The notes: generated from the sequence alone by a model not told the origin. DNA of 64,000 nt from Candidatus Bathyarchaeota archaeon (GCA_963775685.1 CAVZJV010000014.1:1-64000), one strand, 5' to 3'; shown: positions 1 to 9,764, counted from the stretch's first letter. Numbers and translations: made by a program.

Positions 1-771
1 TTTTTTGACTGCCCTTAATTGCATCTTCGAAAAGACGCTCACCCCACTCGATCGCCTCAATGCTATCGGACAGCAAATCCATACGATCATCATACATTCC
101 CGATCGGCGAAAAAGACCAAGTGAGAAACTATTCTCAGTCAAAGCAAGAGCAACTTTAAATCTTCTTTTAGATAAATTCTCAGTTTGTCCTCTTTCAAAT
201 ATTTCTTGACTAACTCTATGTCGCACAAAACCCTGTAATCTTGTTAGAACATCACTGCTAACGATTAATTCAATTGTGCTTCCTTGATCGAGCAGTTGAC
301 CGAATAAAGAAATGAAATCCGGATGGAAAATAGGAGATATTCCCTTGATCCTTTTGGATGTTTTAAGGGCTTCAAGGAATGTTTTATGAACAATTCCTAG
401 TTCTGTTGCTCCAGTCTTAACTAATTGGGCGTCTTTTAGTGCGCCCATGTTTTGAAGAAGGTATGCAGGTATATCATCGACATTATGGGACAACCAAAAA
501 TCCTTAAATTTTTCAATCACTTCTTCGGCTAAAGGAACTCTTTAATAATTTTAGCTTCGATGACTCCAAGTGACGAGAGTTTGTAAACTCCTTGAGTTTT
601 TGTTATTAGATTGAGATCGCCAAATTCTTCAAGAACATGAAGAATAGTGGTATCTCTCGTTTCGACGTCAGATCTTAGCTCAGATATTCTTCTCTTTCCG
701 TTAAAGAGACTTAACAAAATTTTGAGTTTAAGTTCTGATCTGAGTAAAGATAAATAATCCAAGGAAACCAT
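1..771 (-). pseudogene. winged-helix regulator (DUF1724-like), frameshifted, runs off window
   Basis: ORF 529..771 is an N-terminal wHTH. Downstream frames continue AEEVIEKFKDFWLSHNVDDIP...ISPIFHPDF...FSLGLF...AIEWGERLF, with apparent shifts near 530 and about 220. Confidence 0.75.
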
Positions 772-1280
772 CTCATATGTCTTGTTAATCCGTATATACT
801 TGGTAGTTATTATATGGATTGCTGATTTTCACAAAAAAGCCGATGCTCCCTGATATTTTAAAAAACAAATTTACGTTACTCAAGAGTTAAACAAACCATC
901 TGATCCCAGAAAAGCGATGTTCTTCTTTAGTAATTAACAAATGAAAGGGAATGCAATAGAGGCATTCGTAATTAATCAAACATTAGTGAAGCCCAGAACT
1001 CTTGTTTGAGGGTCAAAAAATTTGGAGGTTGTTTGGAATACAAATGCCGAGGTATGTGCAAAAATTCAGCTTTTGCAAATGAAGATGAAAGCTAGAAAAA
1101 AGCATAGCCATCAAAACTCAAGAAAATCACACTTCCTTAACTATTTTCATATATAATAATTATTGTATTTTATATATAATTTTAACTCATTTTATATTAT
1201 GATTTGTATTTTTGTCAATAAAAAGAATAATTGTTTGAACAAAGCATAAGAACATTTATTAATGCTCTCGCGCTCCTCTC

Positions 1281-1574
1281 ATGAAAAGGAGATTCACAAT
1301 GAGACGAATTCATCTAGAAATATACGTTGACATAATTAGCTTGTTAGCTCGACACGGTCCTCTAAAACTGTCACATATAATGCACAATGTCAATTTAAAT
1401 GGCTGTGTGCTTAAAGAAGACTTGAACTTCTTGATTAAGCAAGCCTTAGTTGAAGAGCGAACTATTGGAAAAGATAGAATAGTCTTTGCAGTCACCCAAC
1501 GAGGCATTACGGTGTTAAAGTACTTCCGAGACCTCAAACAAACGTTACCAATTGTTGAAGAAGCCTATACCTAA
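1281..1574 (+). CDS. winged helix-turn-helix protein (HTH_45-like)
   Basis: IYVDIISLL...LSHIMHNVNLN...L...VTQRG pattern. Confidence 0.8.
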   Translation: MKRRFTMRRIHLEIYVDIISLLARHGPLKLSHIMHNVNLNGCVLKEDLNFLIKQALVEERTIGKDRIVFAVTQRGITVLKYFRDLKQTLPIVEEAYT

Positions 1575-1872
1575 TGAAAATTCAGCTTTCACTACCTTTA
1601 TCTTCACAGAGCCGGCTGATCAGGAGTTAAGGAGCAATTTTATGATTTTGGCTGAAGCATTAGAATTTTCAAAACAATTTCCCAATTGTCACCCAAAAAT
1701 ATTCAAGGGATTTGTTGAATGGAAGAATTGTAGTGCTGAAACAAACGGTTACGTAGTTTTAACAACTTTAGCTAATGAATCCTTCTCAACTCAAATGACA
1801 GATTATATTAAAAGTCATAAATTAAGAGTAGAACAAGTTAAAGATTATTGGGTGATTTGCAAACTCATTTGA
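1552..1872 (+). CDS. hypothetical protein (likely start ATG 1642)
   Basis: ORF directly following the wHTH gene. Confidence 0.5.
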   Translation: MLKKPIPNENSAFTTFIFTEPADQELRSNFMILAEALEFSKQFPNCHPKIFKGFVEWKNCSAETNGYVVLTTLANESFSTQMTDYIKSHKLRVEQVKDYWVICKLI

Positions 1873-2166
1873 GCCTTTGAGCAGAAAAATAACCATGACA
1901 AATGCGCGCTATTTAACCTTCCAAAGGTGGTTCCATTCATTTGAGTTTTCTGGGAACTTTAAGGGTTAAAAACGATTTAAATTTTCTATACTTTCACAAT
2001 GCAATGAAAAACATAATCACCAAACATCACAAACAGGGCTTGATTCATTGCAAAAAACGGCATCTTCATGATTACCTCTGGTCCTCCAGAAATTAACGAA
2101 ACTATGAGAAAAAAAGCTACTTTGGGCTTTCGCTAAAGCGAAAAAAGGCCAACTAGAATACACGCT

Positions 2167-2228
2167 ATTTCTAGCCATTTCTAGCCATTTCTTAGCCATT
2201 TTCTAGCCATTCCCCACCATTTCTAGCC
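2167..2228. repeat. tandem 10-11 bp repeat ATTTCTAGCC, about 6 copies, some degenerate
   Basis: Directly visible in the sequence. Confidence 0.8.
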
Positions 2229-2460
2229 GCAACTTACGCATATATCAAAGTCTAAACAACAAAAGCACCCCAAAACAAACCCATCCTTTTTTGCAAAATC
2301 AACTGGTGTTGTTCTTCAATTGAAAAAAAAGACTATTTAAAGAAGGCTTAACCGACCCTGTTCTATCCTCAATAAACCGCCATCTATCGAGCGGATGCTT
2401 TAAGTCAAAGAAGAAAATTGAACTAACAAGCTCAAAGTTTACACAACACAAAGAAGGACA

Positions 2461-2483
2461 TGGTAGGTCTCTGGGATTTGAAC
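2461..2483 (-). repeat. degenerate tRNA 3'-end copy (relic att site)
   Basis: tggtaggtctctgggatttgaac compared with tRNA tggtgaggccgctgggatttgaac. Confidence 0.6.
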
Positions 2484-2965
2484 TTGCTTTCCATGGATTT
2501 GTCGCTCACAATATTTCTTTAGTTATATTTGTGTGGGTGTGGGGAGGTAAAAACTGCACTCTACACTGGGGGTTTTGGAATTGTTTGCTTTTTTAGTTTG
2601 GGTTTTTTTCCTGTTGCGGTTTAAGTGTGGGAAGAGGGTTTAACTCACACAGTCAACATGGATGCTATGTTAAGAGTGTGAGTGTGGGCGTGTTGGAAGC
2701 ATGTTGACACTTCTATTTTTGTATCATGTGCCTGGTTTTTCTCCGGCATACTAAACTAGGTTTTGAAGGCTCGTTTAGTGTGCAAACAATCGGGTCGGGT
2801 ATTAAGCTGTGACTAACCGCAGAGGATGGCTGTTTAACAGGAGCTTAGCTGAATGGATCGTCGAAGGTAAAGCAAATTACAAGCAAGCATTCTCTAAACT
2901 TCACAAGAAGCCCCAAGTTGCGACAGTGATATTGAAATATTAACGCTTAGGCTAGAAGTAAATAA

Positions 2966-2988
2966 TGGTGGGGCCGCTGGGATTTGAA
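2966..2988 (-). repeat. att site: displaced 3' end of tRNA-Pro
   Basis: tggtggggccgctgggatttgaa matches 41474..41496 at 22/23; the match ends in the T-loop. Confidence 0.9.
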
Positions 2989-3095
2989 GGCGGACCACCG
3001 AGGCGACATTTTTCCAGTTATCGCCACAATATCTGTTTAAGCTCCGCAGCCTTCTTCCCTTTTTTCTTAACAGTACCCACTTGGAGGCTAACCCA

Positions 3096-3242
3096 TTGAA
3101 TCAGAAGCAGATAGATGCTGCCGCGGTTATTCTTCGAATTGTCCTTTCAGGATTAGCCTTCAATTTTGATGCCGATTTCCATGAGCTTGAAGAAATTACC
3201 AAGCGTGCCCTACTTCAGATAGAACAGGAGCCTATTTCTTGA
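3096..3242 (+). CDS. small hypothetical protein (48 aa, MNQKQIDAAAVILR...)
   Basis: GGAGG at 3083, TTG start, stop overlaps the next gene. Confidence 0.55.
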   Translation: MNQKQIDAAAVILRIVLSGLAFNFDADFHELEEITKRALLQIEQEPIS

Positions 3243-3778
3243 GCATCATTTTTACTTACCTACGTCAGCCGCTTAATCGCTATACGTTCAAGGCGCCAAA
3301 AACTAGGGCATGGGTTGAGGACCACTGCAAGGGCAAGTATGTGGTGAACCTCTTTGCGGGTCCTACTCGACTCAACGGCTGCATAGAAGTAGCCAACGAC
3401 ATCGACCCTAACGTGCCGTATACTCTTTTTAGGATGGATGCCCTGGACTGCGCCAAACATCTCAGGGAAAAAGGCGAGTTATTCGATGTTATTTTGCTTG
3501 ACCCACCGTATAGTTACCGCAAGAGCATGGAGCTCTACAATGGGCACAAGAACAGTCGTTTCAAGCAGCTTCTCGATGTTCTGCCTGAAATTTTGACGTC
3601 TCAAGGCTGGGTTATCACTTTTGGGTATCATAGTCGCGTTATGAGTGCTAGCCGTGGCTTTAGGATCCGTGAAATTTGTCTGATTAGCCATGGTGGGGCT
3701 CAGCATGATACGATTGCTACGGTTGAGGAGCGAATCCAAGTAACGAGAGGAGAAATCAAAGATGAGCAACAAAGTTAG
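3239..3778 (+). CDS. small amino-DNA methyltransferase
   Basis: NLFAG (SAM-binding motif I) and LLDPPY (motif IV). Confidence 0.8.
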   Translation: MSIIFTYLRQPLNRYTFKAPKTRAWVEDHCKGKYVVNLFAGPTRLNGCIEVANDIDPNVPYTLFRMDALDCAKHLREKGELFDVILLDPPYSYRKSMELYNGHKNSRFKQLLDVLPEILTSQGWVITFGYHSRVMSASRGFRIREICLISHGGAQHDTIATVEERIQVTRGEIKDEQQS

Positions 3779-3808
3779 TTTTGTTCTAAATCGCAATCCG
3801 CCCTACCT

Positions 3809-4318
3809 ATGGATACAACAGTTCCTTATGAGCGGACTAAAGCGGAAATTGAGATTCTTCTGAAAAGCTACGGGATAAAGAACATTCGCTGGACCACTCT
3901 TGAAGGCCAGGATGATACTTTAGAGTTCATCATTGACGCTGAAGTGCAGGGTGTTAAGAAGCAACTAGGCGTCGCAGTTAAGCCTCCTCATATTGTTATA
4001 AAAAAGAAGCTTCATGGGAAACTCGTTGATACTGAGAACATTAACCAGGAGTACCGGCTGCTGTTTCATTGGATAAAAAGCAAGATTGAGGCGGTCGTTT
4101 GGGGTCTTAGCACAATCGAGAAGGAATTTCTCAGCGAGGTTTTAATGAAACTGCCCAACGGCCAGCAATCAACAGTTGGCGATGTGGTAGTAAATTTGAT
4201 GAGTAAAGATACGCTGCAGAGCTTGCCTTTCTACAGTTCCCGACAGAGCGAGTTACCTCGTCGAGTAATTGAGCATGAAGTAATTTTGCCCTCTGAAGAT
4301 AATTCGGGAGGTTCATAG
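3809..4318 (+). CDS. viral hypothetical protein
   Basis: TTVPYERTKAEIEILLKSYG N-terminus resembles a common phage family; operonic position. Confidence 0.75.
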   Translation: MDTTVPYERTKAEIEILLKSYGIKNIRWTTLEGQDDTLEFIIDAEVQGVKKQLGVAVKPPHIVIKKKLHGKLVDTENINQEYRLLFHWIKSKIEAVVWGLSTIEKEFLSEVLMKLPNGQQSTVGDVVVNLMSKDTLQSLPFYSSRQSELPRRVIEHEVILPSEDNSGGS

Positions 4319-4319
4319 T

Positions 4320-4628
4320 TTGGGGTATTTTCGTATGGGTCCTCTGAACATTCTTCAGCCTTTGCTTGAGCAGGCTGCTTTAGAGCAGCAGTCGCTGGGT
4401 GCTCCTGCAAAAAAGACGTTGCTTGAGATTGCAGAGTTGATGGTTCGGTGGGCGCCTAACTTGTATAGCAGCTGCAGTAACCCAGGCTATTCTGACGAGG
4501 AGAAGACTGCTGCTAAGGCGTTGCTGAAAAAGTATGGTTTAGAGAAGCTTGGGAATTTGAGTCCCCGATACAAGAAGGCAACCTTAGAGCAGATAGAGAA
4601 GTTAAAAGCTCAAGCAGAGCAACTTTAG
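4320..4628 (+). CDS. hypothetical protein
   Basis: Operonic ORF followed by a T-run. Confidence 0.6.
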   Translation: MGYFRMGPLNILQPLLEQAALEQQSLGAPAKKTLLEIAELMVRWAPNLYSSCSNPGYSDEEKTAAKALLKKYGLEKLGNLSPRYKKATLEQIEKLKAQAEQL

Positions 4629-4641
4629 GAGCTGTTTTTTT

Positions 4642-5595
4642 GTGGTTGAAGCATCTGATAACACCGCCAACACCCCTACCAACAGGTGTTGCAACAGTTG
4701 GCACCCCTCAAAGCCCAAAGGCATAGAAGCACTAACATATCAGATTATCGATGCTTCAGAAATTGAGCTAAAACCCTGCGAGATAGCCCGAAAAATCCAT
4801 GCCCCAAGGAAGCCAACACCTGGTCAGTATTCGACTGTTCGCTTTTTCTGCTCCAAATTGCTGCAAAAAGGCATGATCATTCAGCCTTACCCTGGAGCAT
4901 ACTGTAACAAAATCACCTACGGGGTGCGGTTCGTGCCGCTCTCAGTGCATAACATTAGCTTGCGCAGTTTTGTCTGCCAGGATGTGAAGCATTGGGAGAT
5001 GGATGAGTTTGTCGGGGGAGTGAAGATTCATGTTTGTTTTGGGTCGGAGCGGCGTAAAATCAGCGGATACCTCGCCTGTGACGTCGGAGGCATGAGCCAT
5101 GACGCATGTCTTTTGGCGCTTAACCGTTGGTTTGATCTAGTCAATGACCATTTAGGCTTCCAACTTAATGATTTGGAGATTTTAACTTTTGAGTGCAACA
5201 AAGACTATCATGGCATCAGATTGGATGGTGTTCAATGCATCACCAAAATCGATCTCTATGGTATGGTTGAGCGGGTGTATCAAAAAGAGGAAGCCCTTGT
5301 GCGCAAGGAACGCAAGATCACAAAGCCCATGAGCGTAAACAGGTTTGAGCAAGCGATATCCAAAGGCTTTGCTGACACCGAAAGATCTCAGCATGCATTT
5401 GAGCTTCGCGAAGAGGTCAAACGCAATACTGAAGCGCTAAAGTACGCTAACAGTAGGCTTTTGCAGCTTGAACGTCTAAACGAGGCAATGTTTGGAGCTC
5501 TCACAAAACTCAACGATGTCTTGGGTAAGCTTGGCGATGTGGGCAGCCCTTTGCCTCTTGGGAAAGGGCAGGATTCTGAGGAGTATGTTCGTTGA
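4642..5595 (+). CDS. wHTH protein with possible Rep_trans-like initiator domain and C-terminal coiled coil
   Basis: N-terminal HTH (EIARKIH...LLQKGMI); ECNKD, RVYQK and VRKE motifs; function tentative. Confidence 0.5.
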   Translation: MVEASDNTANTPTNRCCNSWHPSKPKGIEALTYQIIDASEIELKPCEIARKIHAPRKPTPGQYSTVRFFCSKLLQKGMIIQPYPGAYCNKITYGVRFVPLSVHNISLRSFVCQDVKHWEMDEFVGGVKIHVCFGSERRKISGYLACDVGGMSHDACLLALNRWFDLVNDHLGFQLNDLEILTFECNKDYHGIRLDGVQCITKIDLYGMVERVYQKEEALVRKERKITKPMSVNRFEQAISKGFADTERSQHAFELREEVKRNTEALKYANSRLLQLERLNEAMFGALTKLNDVLGKLGDVGSPLPLGKGQDSEEYVR

Positions 5596-5698
5596 TAGTT
5601 ATGGAGTTGATTGTTTGGGAAGTCATGAGAAAAAAAGAGCTAAAAAAAGACAGAAACAACTAATGTTGGAACTAAAGAAATTGGGGGTTTACCCATGA
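5585..5698 (+). CDS. small basic hypothetical protein
   Basis: ATG 5585; ATGA overlap with the next gene. Confidence 0.45.
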   Translation: MFVDSYGVDCLGSHEKKRAKKRQKQLMLELKKLGVYP

Positions 5699-6261
5699 GT
5701 GAAAAGAAAACGGTCCTAAAGGTTCCAGATGCATACAAGGGTCTTTTGGAAGATATCCGTCTGCTAAAATCGGACGAAGCTAACCCTAACAAAATGACTA
5801 ACAAGCAAAAAGAACAGGTTTGGAAAAGCCTCCAAAAACACGGCTGGATCTACCCCATAGTTACCGATTTGAAGGGGGTCTTTGGGGATGGGGAACAACG
5901 TGTTCAAGTTTGCAAGGATCATGGGGAGTTTTATGCGCCGGTGCTTAGGCTTGCCCTCTCAGATTCTCAGAGGCGACTTCTAAGGCAAACCCTAAACAAG
6001 CTTAGAGGGAAGCATAACAGAGAGCTTGACGAAGCCGACTACAAGCGAATAATTGAGGCGGGCGAGAAAGAAGATTTACAGGCACTTTTGACGGCGATTG
6101 GCGAGAAAATTCCTGAAGATCTAGGCGGACCTCGCGAGGGTTCTATGTTGATTCCTGAAAGCTACGAGCTGGTCATTGAGTGCAAAGATGAAACTGACCA
6201 GAAAGCCAAATTTGACCAATTAACCGCTCAAGGGTATGCTGTGAGGGTGCTGAATCTCTAA
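5695..6261 (+). CDS. ParB/Srx-like N-terminal domain protein
   Basis: NPNKM...SLQKHGWIYPIV...DGEQR...LNKLRGKH; C-terminal LVIECKDETDQ. Confidence 0.8.
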   Translation: MSEKKTVLKVPDAYKGLLEDIRLLKSDEANPNKMTNKQKEQVWKSLQKHGWIYPIVTDLKGVFGDGEQRVQVCKDHGEFYAPVLRLALSDSQRRLLRQTLNKLRGKHNRELDEADYKRIIEAGEKEDLQALLTAIGEKIPEDLGGPREGSMLIPESYELVIECKDETDQKAKFDQLTAQGYAVRVLNL

Positions 6262-6944
6262 TGGACTTCGACTTCTATAACACCTGGAATGAGCCTGACA
6301 GTTTCCGAGCGCAAAGTGTCGTTGGCAGTTTCACCCTAAACGATGTGAAGTTGCAGAAGCACTTCAAAGGATCTCTACCTATTGAAGATGATGATTGGCA
6401 AATAGGCATAATAGTTGGTCGCAGCGGCTCTGGAAAAAGCAGCATCGCAAAAAAACTCTTTCCCAACGAGTACATCACAAGTTTTGAATACCAGGGCAAA
6501 TGCATTCTCGACGACTTTCCCAAAGTGCTTAGCACATCAGAGATTACCCGTATGCTTTGCAGTGTCGGTTTTGCTTCTCCTCCTGATTGGCTGAAGGCTT
6601 ACAGTTGTCTTAGCCAGGGCGAGAAGATGCGTGTCGATGTTGCTCGTGCACTTTGCCTGCCTCAGAAGCGCATAGTCTTCGACGAATTTACCAGCGTCGT
6701 AGACAGAGAAGTTGCTAAAATCGGATCCTATGCCATCAGCAAAGCCGTCCGAGCCCAAAGCGGAAAACAATTCATAGCGGTCACCTGCCACTTCGATGTT
6801 ATCGACTGGCTGGAAGTTGATTGGGTCTTCAACACCGATACAATGGAGTTTAGTCGAAAAAAAGAAGTCGGCCGCCCGTTGAGCTCAAAGTTTACCGGTG
6901 CGGCAATTCCATGTGGAAGAGTTTTCGGCAATATCACTATTTGA
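6261..6944 (+). CDS. ABC-type ATPase (phage ABC-GNAT family, N-terminal part)
   Basis: GRSGSGKS, LSQGE, VFDEFTSVVDR and TCH motifs. Confidence 0.9.
   Translation: MDFDFYNTWNEPDSFRAQSVVGSFTLNDVKLQKHFKGSLPIEDDDWQIGIIVGRSGSGKSSIAKKLFPNEYITSFEYQGKCILDDFPKVLSTSEITRMLCSVGFASPPDWLKAYSCLSQGEKMRVDVARALCLPQKRIVFDEFTSVVDREVAKIGSYAISKAVRAQSGKQFIAVTCHFDVIDWLEVDWVFNTDTMEFSRKKEVGRPLSSKFTGAAIPCGRVFGNITI
6857..6904 (+). other. candidate -1 programmed frameshift signal
   Basis: In-frame A_AAA_AAA (6857-6863), 7-nt spacer, then GC stem gccgcccg (6871-78) pairing with cggtgcggc (6896-6904). Confidence 0.55.
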
Positions 6945-7345
6945 ACGGGAAACTTGGCGCCGGAGTACGATGCTACGTTGTCGTCTACAACGATAAACCT
7001 GTGGGTTTTGTTGCGATTGTCCATACAAGGATGAAAGCCAATTACTTCCGTGTCAGCCGCCTCGTAGTTTTGCCAGATTATCAAGGCATAGGCTTAGGCA
7101 AACGGCTACTCAACTTTATCGCTGAGCTCTACACTTCCCAAATCAACCTACCCTTCTATCTAGTCACTTCTAATCCTCAGCTTGTCCGGGGCAACTTGGG
7201 GAACTGGCGTGTAAAGCGTGTTGGGCACGGCACAGCTGGAAACGAAGACACAAGAATCAACTCAGAACTCACCAAAAGCAACAGCAAACGACGCCTAAGC
7301 GTAACCCTACAATACATACCTAAACTGAAATCTGGAGGTTTATAG
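6860..7345 (+). CDS. GNAT acetyltransferase (-1 frame continuation of the ATPase)
   Basis: RPPVELKVYRC...WKSFRQYHYL...RLVVLPDYQGIGLG; ORF track start is 6911. Confidence 0.85.
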   Translation, partial: KRSRPPVELKVYRCGNSMWKSFRQYHYLNGKLGAGVRCYVVVYNDKPVGFVAIVHTRMKANYFRVSRLVVLPDYQGIGLGKRLLNFIAELYTSQINLPFYLVTSNPQLVRGNLGNWRVKRVGHGTAGNEDTRINSELTKSNSKRRLSVTLQYIPKLKSGGL

Positions 7346-7488
7346 TGCCAAAAACCTGCAAAGGCAAATGCGGACGAAAAATCTCCTACCAAAACAAAAC
7401 AGGTTATTGCAAAGAATGTTTCGGCCGTTTCATCCTTAGCCCTAAGGGTGCGAGCGCAAGTAAACGAGATACTTCAAAACAAAAATAA
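7345..7488 (+). CDS. small Zn-finger protein (MPKTCKGKCGRKISYQNKTGYCKECF...)
   Basis: GGAGG upstream, GTG overlapping the GNAT stop, CxxxC...CxxC. Confidence 0.65.
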   Translation: MPKTCKGKCGRKISYQNKTGYCKECFGRFILSPKGASASKRDTSKQK

Positions 7489-7662
7489 TTAAGCGCTCAA
7501 CCTTTAGCTAATTTGTCAACGCCGAGGTTACGAAATGTATATTGCTTGAAGTATGCCCTGCAACGCATTGACTGAAAGCTTAAACGGTTTACTTAAAAGA
7601 ATGCCGTCTCAAGCTACCGCTTAACCAACCCTCCTCATTTCATTTAATCCTCTTGTTTTAGT

Positions 7663-7699
7663 GTTCTATTGTTAGAACGAAACGTTCTATGACCAGAGC
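7663..7699 (+). promoter_or_regulatory. tandem palindromic operator GTTCTA-N4-TAGAAC-N5-GTTCTA-N4-CAGAGC
   Basis: Same geometry at 9765, 32180 and 37982; TATA-like sequence follows. Confidence 0.75.
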
Positions 7700-7739
7700 T
7701 AATAAGCACCTTCGAAACAATGGTTTGTAGTGAAGGTGT

Positions 7740-8948
7740 ATGGAGTTCAAGTACAAACTCATCGCAGTTGCTGTTCTCGCTTTGTTGAGTGGAACAGCGT
7801 TTGCGGCACCACTGCTCGTCGTGCCCTTGGATGTCAAACCATACCCCCACATAACCGAAGGTCCCAAAGCAGATTTCAGCATAGAACTGCTATATGCAAA
7901 TTTCAGTGTGGTGGAATGGGAAAAACAGCAAACTACGCAACAGCTTGTGAGCAACTTCACAACGGGAAACTTTTCTTATGTTAATGTCATGCAAGCGGTC
8001 AAGTATGCGAACGTAACGTATACGGTTGTCGCTAACATAACTAACATTTCAGACTTTGCCGCTAAAATGTCCGAGGCAAGTTTCACCGCTGCCGAGAAAG
8101 TCAACGTCCTTAGCTCCGCTTTAGGTGGTTTTTCCGTTAACAAGGGCTTAGGTGATTGGCGCGGCACAAACTACGGCGGCGTAGTAGACGGGATTTGGCT
8201 GGATGGAAAATGGCTTAATACAACCTGGATTCAAGGCATAGACTATCCCCTGAACCTATTTCGTGTTATGAACCAAGACCACCGCACGCTACCCGTGATT
8301 CCCGACTTGCCTGAAAACGCTTCAGAAGACGGCACTTGGATAGAGGGAGTTCCGATCGCCGAGTATTATGACGGCACACGCCAGGTGGCAACTCAAATTT
8401 ACATCAACGGGGCATGGGCTGATGTAACAGGCAGAGTACAGCCGCATAATCCCCAGCCTATGGTACTGGCAAGCAACACCTTAGCGAACCTAGTATTAAC
8501 GTCAGGCACACCCATTTACCGAAACGAGGGAAATGCAACCGTTGGCCCTGTCACAGGGTTCCCAAGTTGGGGCATAGGGGTGGGTCAAACATATCGTTGG
8601 ACAGGCACATATGGGTTTGACAAAACTTGGCAACCCCGCCAATCCAAACTATTAATCTTCAATGGAACCCAAACCTTTGCTAATCCACAGCTAGGCATAG
8701 ACCTAACCGTTGCCGCTATGGACACTGGTACAATAGACCTCTATGGCTCTTTCACCAGCTACATAAACAACATGCCAGTCAACGGAACCTATACCAACAC
8801 AGTATCCACAACCACATGGGTAAAGTCGATCACACTGGAGAAAACTCAAAACAATTATGTGTACAACAATATATTGGGTCCAAACCAAGCCTTCGAAATT
8901 GCGCCCAACCGCGTTGAAGTATACATAAAGCAGGTGAATGAGCCTTGA
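7740..8948 (+). CDS. secreted/surface protein (cargo)
   Basis: Signal peptide, many N-x-S/T sequons. Confidence 0.85.
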   Translation: MEFKYKLIAVAVLALLSGTAFAAPLLVVPLDVKPYPHITEGPKADFSIELLYANFSVVEWEKQQTTQQLVSNFTTGNFSYVNVMQAVKYANVTYTVVANITNISDFAAKMSEASFTAAEKVNVLSSALGGFSVNKGLGDWRGTNYGGVVDGIWLDGKWLNTTWIQGIDYPLNLFRVMNQDHRTLPVIPDLPENASEDGTWIEGVPIAEYYDGTRQVATQIYINGAWADVTGRVQPHNPQPMVLASNTLANLVLTSGTPIYRNEGNATVGPVTGFPSWGIGVGQTYRWTGTYGFDKTWQPRQSKLLIFNGTQTFANPQLGIDLTVAAMDTGTIDLYGSFTSYINNMPVNGTYTNTVSTTTWVKSITLEKTQNNYVYNNILGPNQAFEIAPNRVEVYIKQVNEP

Positions 8949-9430
8949 CTAACGCCGAAGGATTAGAAGGAACAACCCTGATCGTTTACTCCCAGCTGGT
9001 AAAAGATGGAAAACCACTCGGTCCACGGGAGGTTATGCGTCTGGCTAACCTTAGCAGTCCAAGCGTTGCCTACTGGCACCTGCAAAAACTTGAATCCCTG
9101 GGCTTAATCGCAAAAACTGAATATGGCGAATACGAAGTCAAAGAAAAAGTAAACATCAGTGGTCACCTTTGGGTTGGAAAAACCCTTGTTCCACGGCTAA
9201 TCTTCTATGCCTTCTTCTTTATCGGCATCTTAATTGTCGAAGCCATAGCAATTGTCGGCCCATTCGTGCGTAGTGGACAAACCCCTGACCTTTTCCTTTT
9301 CTATCTGCTCGCTCCAACAGCCATCGCTACGGTCCTGTTCCTAACTGAAGGCATGTGGCTACGTAAGAAAACAAAAAGTGATAGCACTAAAAAGAAACAG
9401 ACTGCAGAAAAAAAGGAAGAGAGAAAATGA
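8945..9430 (+). CDS. membrane-anchored wHTH transcription regulator
   Basis: LEGTTL...PLGPREV...LSSPSVAYWHLQKLESLGL plus 2 TM helices; paralog of 32706. Confidence 0.85.
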   Translation: MTNAEGLEGTTLIVYSQLVKDGKPLGPREVMRLANLSSPSVAYWHLQKLESLGLIAKTEYGEYEVKEKVNISGHLWVGKTLVPRLIFYAFFFIGILIVEAIAIVGPFVRSGQTPDLFLFYLLAPTAIATVLFLTEGMWLRKKTKSDSTKKKQTAEKKEERK

Positions 9431-9738
9431 TTGAATGTCCTAAATGTGGTAGTAAAGTAAAAGCACGCAAACTTTTCTTCCTCACAAATATTAGTACAAT
9501 AAATTGTTCCGTATGCGGTTCTAAACTACGCATTAAAAACAGAGAAGTCAGCAGTGCGATTGGCGGTTTGGGTGGTGGAATCGGTGCTGGATTGGGTACC
9601 TTACTCCTGATCTTTTACATTCTAAGCGGTAATGTTATCTTCTTGGGGTTGTTTGGGGCATTAATTGTTGCTGTAGGCGTCGTTGCTTGGATTATTTTTG
9701 CTAAGTATGTTCGTTTAGAGTTATCTCAACGTGTTTAA
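9427..9738 (+). CDS. Zn-ribbon (CxxC-x20-CxxC) membrane protein
   Basis: CPKC...CSVC plus 2 TM helices. Confidence 0.8.
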   Translation: MIECPKCGSKVKARKLFFLTNISTINCSVCGSKLRIKNREVSSAIGGLGGGIGAGLGTLLLIFYILSGNVIFLGLFGALIVAVGVVAWIIFAKYVRLELSQRV

Positions 9739-9764
9739 AACCGTGCTCGTTAGGGGTTGGTGCT

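Noticed and set aside
195-216. ttagtcaagaaatatttga on the minus strand resembling the GTCAAG motif
   Set aside because: Internal coding sequence (LVKKY) without the right half-site; likely chance
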